32,000 nt of DNA from an uncultured bacterium (GTDB lineage: Bacteria > Patescibacteriota > Gracilibacteria > UBA1369 > PNNO01): positions 1,320,001 through 1,352,000 of the forward strand of contig OY969931.1 of the NCBI GenBank assembly GCA_963704705.1. Direction: 5' to 3'. Shown piece by piece: positions 24,751 to 32,000 of the stretch. The position numbers were made by a program, and so were the translations under genes. The notes beneath the pieces are model-generated. The model was not told the DNA's origin, did no database searches, and worked only from the letters and a program-made list of their open reading frames with translations. The stretch's first letter is position 1; the number at the start of each line of letters is the position of its first letter.

Positions 24751-27396
24751 ATGGCAAAAAATTTTTGTATCAAAAAATATTATCATCACAGAGCCAAGAC
24801 TCAACTTAAACAGTGGCTTTTTATAGGCCTGTTTGCGATTTTATTTTTGGGAATGTTTGCGACTTGTGATGCGCTGGCTGCTTCGTACGTTGATGTTAGC
24901 GGAGCATCAAAAAATTTATGTACATTAGGAGCCGGCGTTACATGTGATGCCGGGACTTTAGATTTTAGTGCTGATCCTCCGATTGATGCAAAACCAAAAG
25001 CTCAATTATATTCAACAGGAAAACCGGAAGATTTTGAACTTCGCGGATGGCTATGGGATACAAACCTTGGGTGGATAAGTTTATACTGCCCTGAATCAGG
25101 TTTGAATTTAGGAGTTTCATGCAGACCAAGCAAATCGACCGTGAAATATGGAGTTAAAGTAAACTTAAAAAAAGAAATTTTATATGGATGGGCATGGGGA
25201 GATAATATTGGATGGATAAGCTTCAACTGCAAAGGCGGAAGAAATGAAACATTAGTATGCGGAACAAAAGATTATGAAAGTAATTTGGAAATTGATGTAA
25301 CAAAAAATCTTGGTAACTTTAGCGGATATGCATGGGCTGACACTGTGGGCTGGTTTAATTTAAGCGGAATCAGCGGTAAGATTTTGGATATTGTTATGAC
25401 TGAAAATGCAAGTGAACAAAACTGGGGAGTTTGGACCAAAGGTGAAATTGAAAATAATACTGCTGAAGGAAAATTTCAAGAAACTCAAAACAGAAAATAT
25501 TTCCCTGTTGCAGACGGTAACAATGGATATGATTTATTTGTGCACGTTGCAACAATTACCGGAACTCCTGTTGTTGATGTTCCGGGGCAGGTTTCAGTGA
25601 ATATAACAACAACATGGAATGATAATGTAAGTTTGGATCAAACTGTTGCTGATACCGGTGCTCCGCCCGAAGGACGATACGCGAATGTAAATAAAGTGGG
25701 TGCGGCATGGAAACCAGGTATTCCGGGATCCGAACTTGTATATACTCCTGATTCAACAACAGGCGGTATTACAAATTCATATCATGGCGTTGCAACTTCG
25801 GTTGCGCCAACCGATGGCGGAAACTGTTGGGATGGCGATGGTGATGGCTCATGTTACACAGGCGATTCAAATTATTTCTATAAAAACTTTGGAACAGATA
25901 TTCCGGATCAAAAACTGGAATATGAAGGTGCGACAGTTACAGTAACTATTATTCCAACAGGTGAAGTATGGAGCACAACAATCCAACCGCTTGGATATGC
26001 GGGTGGAAAATTAATGGAATTTTTACCTTTGGTTGATATTCCGGTTTTGAATTTTATGCTTCCCGGCAATCCGCCGATAGCAGCGAATATAATCCAGGCA
26101 ACAAGAAACAAAGAAGATGTGTTCCATATACAAGGTGCTGTAAATGCAGCTTTTGGCGGCAATTATGACCTTTCTCTCGAACTTGAACAAGATAATCCTG
26201 ATGTATACTTTCAATTTATAAAGGATCTAAATACAGTGCCGGTAGCTGTAAAGCCTATCAAACCATTGAGATTTAAAAATAGTGTTCCATTTGGCGACTA
26301 TTATTCAATTCCATTTGTTCCGGACATTAAACTTGCAGAAGAAATAACCGGAGCAATGCTAAGATCGACAGTAAGATTACCGGATTTTGGAGTTAAATAT
26401 TTTAACAACGGACTTCCAAGAACCGACGAATCAGTAATCTTAAATCAATCAGCTGAAATAGTTAGCGGAAGCGTATTTTCGCCAGGAGCAAAAGAAGTGA
26501 GCACAGGAGCAGAAGTTCCTTTGTTTGGAGACACTGCGGTTTATGAATTGCGCACCCAAATTTTAGAAGATGTAAGCGGAATTATCCGTGGCATTACGCC
26601 TGCTGGATTAGGCGGTGACTTTACAATCGAAAACGGTATGAGTGCTAGTGTCTTGGACGATTATGCTTTGCAGGGCGGACGCGCTTACTACTTTAAAGAT
26701 CACGATGTTTATCTAGATAGTACGGATCCTTTAACTTCAGTGGTTAGCGACAGGCCAATCACTTTGATTGTCGATGGCGGAGATCTTTATATAAATACAA
26801 ATATAGATACCGGAGAAGCATTCGGCTTAATCGCGTTAAAATCACGAACTGATGACAGCGAAGCAACCGGTGGCGGCCACATTTATGTTCACAGCGATGT
26901 TACAGATATGGTTGATGTTAGCATTTTCTCAGACGGCCCAATGTTCAGATATACAGATGGAGTATGTTACTACTGGGGTGCAGATGGAAGCGGAAACGAT
27001 TCTTTGCGCGCACCTAATTTTGTTAATAATGTTGGATGGTGCAGCTCAGCAGGTACATATAAAGAACCGGTTTCATCATTGCCAAACCAATTCTATTTAC
27101 GCGGAAATGTTGCATCGTTAAACTGCATCGGATGTTCAGCCGGCACAAATCCAACTCGCGGAGATGGCAAACTTTTAGGCGGACCATCAGCGGAAAATTA
27201 TTCAGACGCACGTTTATATGATTTGAATTACTTTAGTTATTACCGAGAAAATGCATTATCTCCAGGTACTTTCTCAGGCGCTCAGTCTTATTCTGTTCAG
27301 GCAAATTCGACCATTTTGCCTGCAAAGAAAAACCTTCCGGTTTACTTTGAATATTCCCCTGCCCCAAGCGACTTGCTAGGGTTTAGGGTGTTTTAG
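24751..27396 (+). CDS. large secreted hypothetical protein with N-terminal GW-x-W...GW(I/F) repeats
   Basis: It has a signal/anchor sequence (WLFIGLFAILFLGMFATCDALAA). Three repeats lie about 46 aa apart: GWLWDTNLGWISLYC, GWAWGDNIGWISFNC and GYAWADTVGWFNLSG (nt 25045-25365). The rest has no recognisable domains. Confidence 0.8.
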   Translation: MAKNFCIKKYYHHRAKTQLKQWLFIGLFAILFLGMFATCDALAASYVDVSGASKNLCTLGAGVTCDAGTLDFSADPPIDAKPKAQLYSTGKPEDFELRGWLWDTNLGWISLYCPESGLNLGVSCRPSKSTVKYGVKVNLKKEILYGWAWGDNIGWISFNCKGGRNETLVCGTKDYESNLEIDVTKNLGNFSGYAWADTVGWFNLSGISGKILDIVMTENASEQNWGVWTKGEIENNTAEGKFQETQNRKYFPVADGNNGYDLFVHVATITGTPVVDVPGQVSVNITTTWNDNVSLDQTVADTGAPPEGRYANVNKVGAAWKPGIPGSELVYTPDSTTGGITNSYHGVATSVAPTDGGNCWDGDGDGSCYTGDSNYFYKNFGTDIPDQKLEYEGATVTVTIIPTGEVWSTTIQPLGYAGGKLMEFLPLVDIPVLNFMLPGNPPIAANIIQATRNKEDVFHIQGAVNAAFGGNYDLSLELEQDNPDVYFQFIKDLNTVPVAVKPIKPLRFKNSVPFGDYYSIPFVPDIKLAEEITGAMLRSTVRLPDFGVKYFNNGLPRTDESVILNQSAEIVSGSVFSPGAKEVSTGAEVPLFGDTAVYELRTQILEDVSGIIRGITPAGLGGDFTIENGMSASVLDDYALQGGRAYYFKDHDVYLDSTDPLTSVVSDRPITLIVDGGDLYINTNIDTGEAFGLIALKSRTDDSEATGGGHIYVHSDVTDMVDVSIFSDGPMFRYTDGVCYYWGADGSGNDSLRAPNFVNNVGWCSSAGTYKEPVSSLPNQFYLRGNVASLNCIGCSAGTNPTRGDGKLLGGPSAENYSDARLYDLNYFSYYRENALSPGTFSGAQSYSVQANSTILPAKKNLPVYFEYSPAPSDLLGFRVF

Positions 27397-27402
27397 ATTT
27401 GC

Positions 27403-27472
27403 TTACTTAGTATGTGGGGGGTTACTTAGTATGTGGGGGGTTACTTAGTATGTGGGGGGTTACTTAGTATGG
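27403..27472. repeat. tandem array, 3.7 copies of the 19-bp unit ttacttagtatgtgggggg
   Basis: Exact units lie at 27403-27421, 27422-27440 and 27441-27459, with a partial unit at 27460-27472. The array starts 7 nt after the stop of the 881-aa gene. Confidence 0.95.
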
Positions 27473-27527
27473 AAATATTTTAAAAAAATTTTAGAATTTT
27501 TTAATAATTGAGGATTATTATTGGTGC

Positions 27528-27950
27528 ATGAGAATTCCACCAATTTTAAAGAACATGGCCTATCACATTTATGATCGTGGCATTGCAAAAAGAGTAATTT
27601 TTAAAATGCCTACAGATTATTTCTTTTTTATGTTAAAAATTGAAAAATATAAATTGAAATATAATATCGATATAACCAAATATTGTTTAATGCCTAACCA
27701 TTTTCATTTTCTAATAAATGCAGGGTCAAAACCAAAAAAAATCTCAACATTTATGAAGTGCATAAAAACTTCATATGCTTATTTTTTTAACAAAAAATAC
27801 AAACAATCTGGGCATGTATTCCAAGGCACCTTCCATGCCAATCCAATAGTTTCAGTTAAACAAATGCATGATACAATCGAATATATTAAAAACAACCCAG
27901 TTAAAAAAGGCTTAATTGATAAAGCTGAAGATTGGCCATACTCAGGATAA
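27528..27950 (+). CDS. IS200/IS605-family HUH (Y1) transposase, REP-associated tyrosine transposase (RAYT)-like
   Basis: The N-terminus is YHIYDRG. The HUH motif is MPNHFHFLI. The catalytic-Tyr helix and tail, YIKNNPVKKGLIDKAEDWPYSG, match my recollection of E. coli RayT (YIYINPVKHGWV....DWPFS). Confidence 0.85.
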   Translation: MRIPPILKNMAYHIYDRGIAKRVIFKMPTDYFFFMLKIEKYKLKYNIDITKYCLMPNHFHFLINAGSKPKKISTFMKCIKTSYAYFFNKKYKQSGHVFQGTFHANPIVSVKQMHDTIEYIKNNPVKKGLIDKAEDWPYSG

Positions 27951-27973
27951 TTGTTTTTCTTGATAGATCATAG

Positions 27974-28004
27974 TTACTAAGTAACCTACCCCTTACTAAG
28001 TAAC
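27974..28004. repeat. 2 direct copies (19-bp period) of TTACTAAGTAAC
   Basis: ttactaagtaac (27974-27985), ctacccc, ttactaagtaac (27993-28004). Confidence 0.9.
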
Positions 28005-28006
28005 TC

Positions 28007-28035
28007 TTGGAGATAATTTCCCTTTCTGCTATATT
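28007..28035 (+). promoter_or_regulatory. possible promoter TTGGAG-17-TATATT
   Basis: It lies immediately after the repeat pair, 27 nt upstream of the start at 28062. The -35 is weak. Confidence 0.35.
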
Positions 28036-28061
28036 AAAACTCCAAAATTTAACGCATTTAA

Positions 28062-29480
28062 TTGATGAAAGTTAATCCTAATATTTTTCGTGCATATGAT
28101 ATTAGAGGTATTGCACAAGCTACTGATAAATATCCAGATGTTGATCTTACTGAAGAAACAGCATATTTAATTGGAAAAGGAGCAGGAACATATATCCAAA
28201 AAATAACAAAGCCAAATGCCAATCTTGTTGTCGGCCGGGATAACCGTCTTCATTCACCAAAACTTCAACAAGCATTCATTAAAGGCTTGCTCGAAGTTGG
28301 CTGCGATGTTACAGACATCGACATTTCACCTTCTCCAATGCTCTATTATGCGGTTTGCAAATATGAGTTTGATGGGGGCGCGAACATTACGGCTTCACAC
28401 AATCCAAAAGAATACAATGGAATAAAATTGGTTAGTCGGAATGCACATTCTGTTTGTGGCGAAGATCTCCAGAAGGTTTTGAAAATTATTGAAGATGAAG
28501 ATTATGCAAAAGGCGCTGAAGGTGAATATAAAGAGTTGAAAATTTTTGATGTTTATAAAAATGATTTAGCTTCTAAAGTTAAAATCGAGAAACCCCTTAA
28601 GGTTGTTGTTGATGCGGGGAATGGTACTGCAGGTGCCTTTGCTCCCGATTTACTGCGAACTTTAGGATGCGAAGTTACTGAGCTTTACTGTGAACTTGAT
28701 GGCAATTTTCCGAATCACGAAGCCAATCCTGAAGAGTATGAAAACATGAAGGACCTGATTGCAAAAGTTAAAGAGGAGCATGCTGATTTGGGTTTGGGTT
28801 TTGATGGCGACGGTGATCGCGTTGGTGTTGTTGATGAAACCGGCCATCATTATTCTGCTGATTTTTTATTGATGCTGCTTGCGCGGGATTTGCTTACACG
28901 TCAGCCAGGAGCAAAAATAGTTTTTGATGTAAAAGTTACAACCTCTTTAATCGAAGATATAAAAAAGCATGGAGGAGAGCCGATAATGTGCAAAACCGGA
29001 CACTCTTTTATTGAAAGCAAAATGAAAGAAATTGGCGCGCCTTTAGCAGGAGAAGTAAGCGGGCATTTATTTTTTGCAGAAAATTATTATGGTTTTGATG
29101 ATGCATTTTTGGGCGCTGCAAAGTTGCTCGAAATTTTATCAAAAAGTTCTGTGCCCTTTTCACGATTATTTGACGATGTCCCAAAAACCTATGCGACACC
29201 TGAATTTAAAGCGCATACTCCGGACGATAAAAAATTTAAAATCGTGCGCGAACTCACTGATTATTTTACAAAAAATTACGATTGTATCACTTTAGACGGA
29301 GTTCGTGTAAATTTCACTGACCGTGCTTGGGGCGCTATTCGCTGCTCAAACACATCGCCAAATTTAACTTTAAGATTTGAAGCTGATAGCAAAGAGAAGC
29401 TTTGTGAAATTCAAAAAAATATGGTGGAACAATTGCGCAAATACCCTGAGGTAAGCCTTGATTGGTATAAAGAATGTTAA
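28062..29480 (+). CDS. phosphomannomutase/phosphoglucomutase (alpha-D-phosphohexomutase)
   Basis: FRAYDIRG is near the N-terminus. The active-site Ser loop is ITASHNPKEYNGIKL, the metal loop is GFDGDGDR, the sugar loop is GEVSGH, and the phosphate loop is RCSNTSP. Confidence 0.9.
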   Translation: MMKVNPNIFRAYDIRGIAQATDKYPDVDLTEETAYLIGKGAGTYIQKITKPNANLVVGRDNRLHSPKLQQAFIKGLLEVGCDVTDIDISPSPMLYYAVCKYEFDGGANITASHNPKEYNGIKLVSRNAHSVCGEDLQKVLKIIEDEDYAKGAEGEYKELKIFDVYKNDLASKVKIEKPLKVVVDAGNGTAGAFAPDLLRTLGCEVTELYCELDGNFPNHEANPEEYENMKDLIAKVKEEHADLGLGFDGDGDRVGVVDETGHHYSADFLLMLLARDLLTRQPGAKIVFDVKVTTSLIEDIKKHGGEPIMCKTGHSFIESKMKEIGAPLAGEVSGHLFFAENYYGFDDAFLGAAKLLEILSKSSVPFSRLFDDVPKTYATPEFKAHTPDDKKFKIVRELTDYFTKNYDCITLDGVRVNFTDRAWGAIRCSNTSPNLTLRFEADSKEKLCEIQKNMVEQLRKYPEVSLDWYKEC

Positions 29481-29483
29481 TTC

Positions 29484-29535
29484 ATATACTAAGTAAGTAC
29501 CCCCTTACTTAGTATATACCCAGCTACTAAGTAAC
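29484..29535. repeat. 34-bp palindromic element plus an extra half-site
   Basis: atatactaagtaa / gtaccccc / ttacttagtatat (29484-29517, perfect 13-bp arms), then ctactaagtaac at 29524-29535, ending 1 nt before ATG 29537. Confidence 0.9.
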
Positions 29536-29536
29536 T

Positions 29537-31156
29537 ATGCAACTAATTTACAAACACAAATACTGGCGTTTGCTTGAGATGGTTCCAGGGCTTCTTGCCT
29601 GGGGGGCGCTGCTTATACCTGTTGTTGTGGCGATTTATCACCCAATTTTAATTGCTGTTTTGGCTATTGTTTATGCGTTGCTTTGGCTTTTCAGATCAAT
29701 TCGATTGAGCATAAATTTGTATAGGGGTTATTGGAGAACTCAGGATGCAATGAAGGTGAACTGGAATTTTCTTCTCGATCTGGTTGAACATCCAGGAAAA
29801 ATCGACCAGGCGGTTAGTGAAACTGACCTTAGCAAGCCTCTTTTAAGGCCACAAAAAATCTTCAATCTTGAACTTAAAAATCTAAAAAACAGATTAACGT
29901 GGCTAAATCAAAATGACCAAGAGCTTAAGCCCTCACAGATTCACCATGCGATTTTAATAGTGACTTATAAAGAGTCGTATGAGCTGGTGAGGGAATCCGT
30001 TAAGTCATATGCGGAAAGTTTTTATCCTTATAAAAAAATGGTTTTGGTACTTGGAGGAGAGGAAGGCGACAAAGAAAATTTCGCGCAAATCTCAGAAAAA
30101 ATCGAGAAAGAATTCGGAGACAAATTCAGCGCAATAATTAAGACGGTACATCCAAAAGGCATGCCAGGAGAAATCCCTGGCAAAAGCGCAAATGCAACAT
30201 TTGCCGGTAAGGAATTAAAGCGATATCTCGACCACCATCACATCCCTTACGAGCATGTTATTTTATCAAATTTTGATGCTGACACTGTTGCGCATCCTGC
30301 TTATTTTAGTGAGCTTACTTTTAAATATTTGGTTACTAAAAATCGAACACAAAAAGCGTATCAGCCAACACACATGTTTCATAATAATATTTGGGATGTG
30401 CCTGTGATGATTCGTATGGTTGCTCTTTCTTGCACTTTCTGGCGCATGTCAGAGGCACTTGATAAACATAAATATAAAAGTTTTTCTTCGCGTTCAATGG
30501 GCTTTCAAACAGTTATTGATACAAATTATTGGGATCCTTCTATTATTCCTGAGGACTCGCGTCAGTTCTGGACAGCATTTTTGAAATACAACGGAAAGCA
30601 TACTGTTAGCTGGATTTATACGCCTGTTTATATGGATGCTGTTTTGTCAGATAGTTATCTTGAGACTTTTAAAAGTCAGTATGTGCAATTAAGGCGCTGG
30701 GCATGGGGTGTTATGGATTTCCCGTTCATGGCGATCAACTTGGCAAGACATCCAAAAATAAAACTCAGCGAAAAAATATATAGAATTTTTTACTTTTTAG
30801 AGAATGCGTTTTTCTGGGCAACCGGTCCTTTGATTATTATGTTCGCGGGTTGGCTTCCTTCTATGATGAACGCTGATTTCCGTAATTCGGTTCTTGCATA
30901 TAATTTACCAAATATAACCAGCCAGATTTTAACTGTTGCCGGAATAGGTATAATCATGTGCGGAATTATAAGTCTTGTGATCGTACCCCGTCAGGTAAAA
31001 CGCAGTCCGTGGGTACGAATTTCTCTATTTTTCCAGTGGCTTCTGGTGCCGATAACTTCAATTTTCCTTAGTGCGATTCCTGCTCTCGACGCTCAAACCC
31101 GCCTTCTTTTCGGCAAGCACCTCGAATACAAGGTTACGAAAAAAGCGAGGAAGTAA
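29537..31156 (+). CDS. integral-membrane family 2 glycosyltransferase, processive synthase type (QxxRW)
   Basis: It has N- and C-terminal TM helices. The GT-A core carries ILIVTYKES, FDAD (DxD), EDSRQFW and QLRRWAWG motifs. Confidence 0.8.
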   Translation: MQLIYKHKYWRLLEMVPGLLAWGALLIPVVVAIYHPILIAVLAIVYALLWLFRSIRLSINLYRGYWRTQDAMKVNWNFLLDLVEHPGKIDQAVSETDLSKPLLRPQKIFNLELKNLKNRLTWLNQNDQELKPSQIHHAILIVTYKESYELVRESVKSYAESFYPYKKMVLVLGGEEGDKENFAQISEKIEKEFGDKFSAIIKTVHPKGMPGEIPGKSANATFAGKELKRYLDHHHIPYEHVILSNFDADTVAHPAYFSELTFKYLVTKNRTQKAYQPTHMFHNNIWDVPVMIRMVALSCTFWRMSEALDKHKYKSFSSRSMGFQTVIDTNYWDPSIIPEDSRQFWTAFLKYNGKHTVSWIYTPVYMDAVLSDSYLETFKSQYVQLRRWAWGVMDFPFMAINLARHPKIKLSEKIYRIFYFLENAFFWATGPLIIMFAGWLPSMMNADFRNSVLAYNLPNITSQILTVAGIGIIMCGIISLVIVPRQVKRSPWVRISLFFQWLLVPITSIFLSAIPALDAQTRLLFGKHLEYKVTKKARK

Positions 31157-31160
31157 TTTT

Positions 31161-31194
31161 ATATACTAAGTAACCCCCACCTTACTTAGTATAT
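31161..31194. repeat. 34-bp palindromic element with arms identical to 29484-29517
   Basis: atatactaagtaa / cccccacc / ttacttagtatat, lying between convergent stops and overlapping the TGA of the NMNAT gene by 1 nt. Confidence 0.9.
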
Positions 31195-31700
31195 CAAGCA
31201 ATCATTTTCAGGCGCTCCACGCCTTTCCAGCTTTTTATGAGCTCGGCTACTTTTGGGTGCACATCGTCTTCCCACGACGCGTCGTCTTTGAGCATTTTTT
31301 CGCGCACGGAAGTTGCGCTTACACCCTCTACCATTTTAACGTCAGCAATTTTGTATTTACCGTAAACCTCGTAAAGCTGGCGCACAATCGGTGAGCCTGT
31401 GTAAACTTTATAAACCGGAGGAATATATTGATCAACGTGAGTCGTCCACAAAAAATAATTCATAACATTGCGAATCGGAATTATCACGTAGCGATCACGC
31501 GCGATTCTGCTTGCTTCAAGTGCGGCTTCGATCATCTGAAAACGTTCGCCGGCAGTAAAGGGATTCGCAAGTTCGTGATTTTCTTCTGCGCTCCCGATCA
31601 CAATTATCAAACGGTCTTCAACTTCCAGAGCGCGTTTAATCACGTCTAAATGTCCAAGATGAAAAGGCTGAAATCTACCTACAAAAAGCGCTTGTTTCAT
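31194..31700 (-). CDS. nicotinamide-nucleotide adenylyltransferase (archaeal/NadM-type cytidylyltransferase fold)
   Basis: FVGRFQPFHLGHLDVIKRAL is the (H/T)xGH motif. The protein is 168 aa, and its start overlaps the nadE stop (ATGA). Confidence 0.85.
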   Translation of the reverse strand: MKQALFVGRFQPFHLGHLDVIKRALEVEDRLIIVIGSAEENHELANPFTAGERFQMIEAALEASRIARDRYVIIPIRNVMNYFLWTTHVDQYIPPVYKVYTGSPIVRQLYEVYGKYKIADVKMVEGVSATSVREKMLKDDASWEDDVHPKVAELIKSWKGVERLKMIA

Positions 31701-31999
31701 GATTTCGGGATTATATAAGGGACGTCTAATTTATGTTTGTTTGCGCGCATACGTTTGAACAATGAACGCACTAATGAAGCGCTCATTCCTTTGCTTACAA
31801 GTTCTTCTTCTCCAAGGTCTGCCTGATATAAAATATTGTCGATTTCTTCATAATCCGCACCAAGCTCCTGTTCGTCTGTCTGTCCCTCAAAAAGTTCAGC
31901 TGATGGCGGCTTCTCGATTATTTCTTTTGGAAGCTGCAAAAATTCAGCAAGCTCACGTACCTCAGTTTTGTATAATGATCCTAATGGCAAAATGTCAGC
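31697..31999 (-). CDS. nadE: NAD+ synthetase, C-terminal part (open to the right window edge)
   Basis: ...ADILPLGSLYKTEVRELAEFLQLPKEIIEKPPSAEL...QTDEQELG..YEEID. The frame is open to nt 31999. Confidence 0.85.
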   Translation of the reverse strand, partial: ADILPLGSLYKTEVRELAEFLQLPKEIIEKPPSAELFEGQTDEQELGADYEEIDNILYQADLGEEELVSKGMSASLVRSLFKRMRANKHKLDVPYIIPKS

Positions 32000-32000
32000 T

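Larger units (their letters stand above)
27403..28004 (+). mobile_element. RAYT-type unit: an IS200-like Y1 transposase gene bracketed by inverted repeat arrays
   Basis: The left array is 3.7 x (TTACTTAGTA plus a G-rich linker). The right array is 2 x (TTACTAAGTAAC, separated by a C-rich linker), which is the reverse-complement orientation with the same 19-bp period. Confidence 0.6.

Noticed and set aside
27403-27472. The tandem 19-bp repeat considered as a possible CRISPR array.
   Set aside because: The units abut directly with no spacers, they are too short, and there are no cas genes. The core is the same palindromic motif found singly elsewhere.
1-32000. Alternative genetic code (UGA recoding, as in some candidate-phyla lineages).
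   Set aside because: Long housekeeping ORFs (PBP 948 aa, pheT 801 aa, topA 764 aa) are intact under code 11. In addition, TGA works as a sensible stop: the NMNAT gene ends at 31194-31196 with a typical 168-aa length.

Overview
This is an AT-rich bacterial chromosome segment; two hand-counted 60-nt lines gave 13/60 G+C in the backbone and 40/60 in an island. All calls rest on manual motif reading and remembered family signatures, with no searches run.

Backbone: it is compact and mostly housekeeping or envelope genes. These are a CHASE2 class III nucleotide cyclase, efp, an ECF sigma with a putative anti-sigma, rdgB, a GT4 glycosyltransferase, two methyltransferases and a class A PBP. It also carries pheS and pheT split by a thioredoxin-like lipoprotein, HU, topA, an 881-aa secreted GW-repeat protein, a phosphohexomutase, a processive GT2 synthase, an NMN adenylyltransferase and nadE. 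Native genes mostly lack Shine-Dalgarno sequences. The gene content looks like a small-genome, possibly CPR/Patescibacteria-like organism, but that is only an inference.

Four things stand out:
1. Three sharply bounded GC-rich, plus-strand, monocistronic cassettes (about 800-3650, 15890-16770, 20880-21240), each with its own SD and GC-rich terminator. Two encode secreted proteins sharing a Cys / hydrophobic helix / RRSRRS C-terminal tag that resembles MYXO-CTERM. The large one also has seven myxobacterial-type six-cysteine repeats, an architecture like TraA.
2. An IS200-like HUH/Y1 transposase of the RAYT type (27528-27950), bracketed by inverted 19-bp-period repeat arrays.
3. A dispersed palindromic repeat family (TTRC-N3-GYAA), to which the RAYT-flanking arrays belong. 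It occurs as 34-bp hairpins in nearly every intergenic gap of 27.4-31.2 kb and as 18-bp-period arrays at three divergent promoter regions. Its arms show compensatory changes.
4. A 700-bp ORF-free, GC-enriched locus (8690-9378) with two consensus promoters, a long intrinsic terminator and extensive long-range pairing. These are probably one or two structured RNAs that I could not classify.

I found no rRNA, tRNA or CRISPR array.
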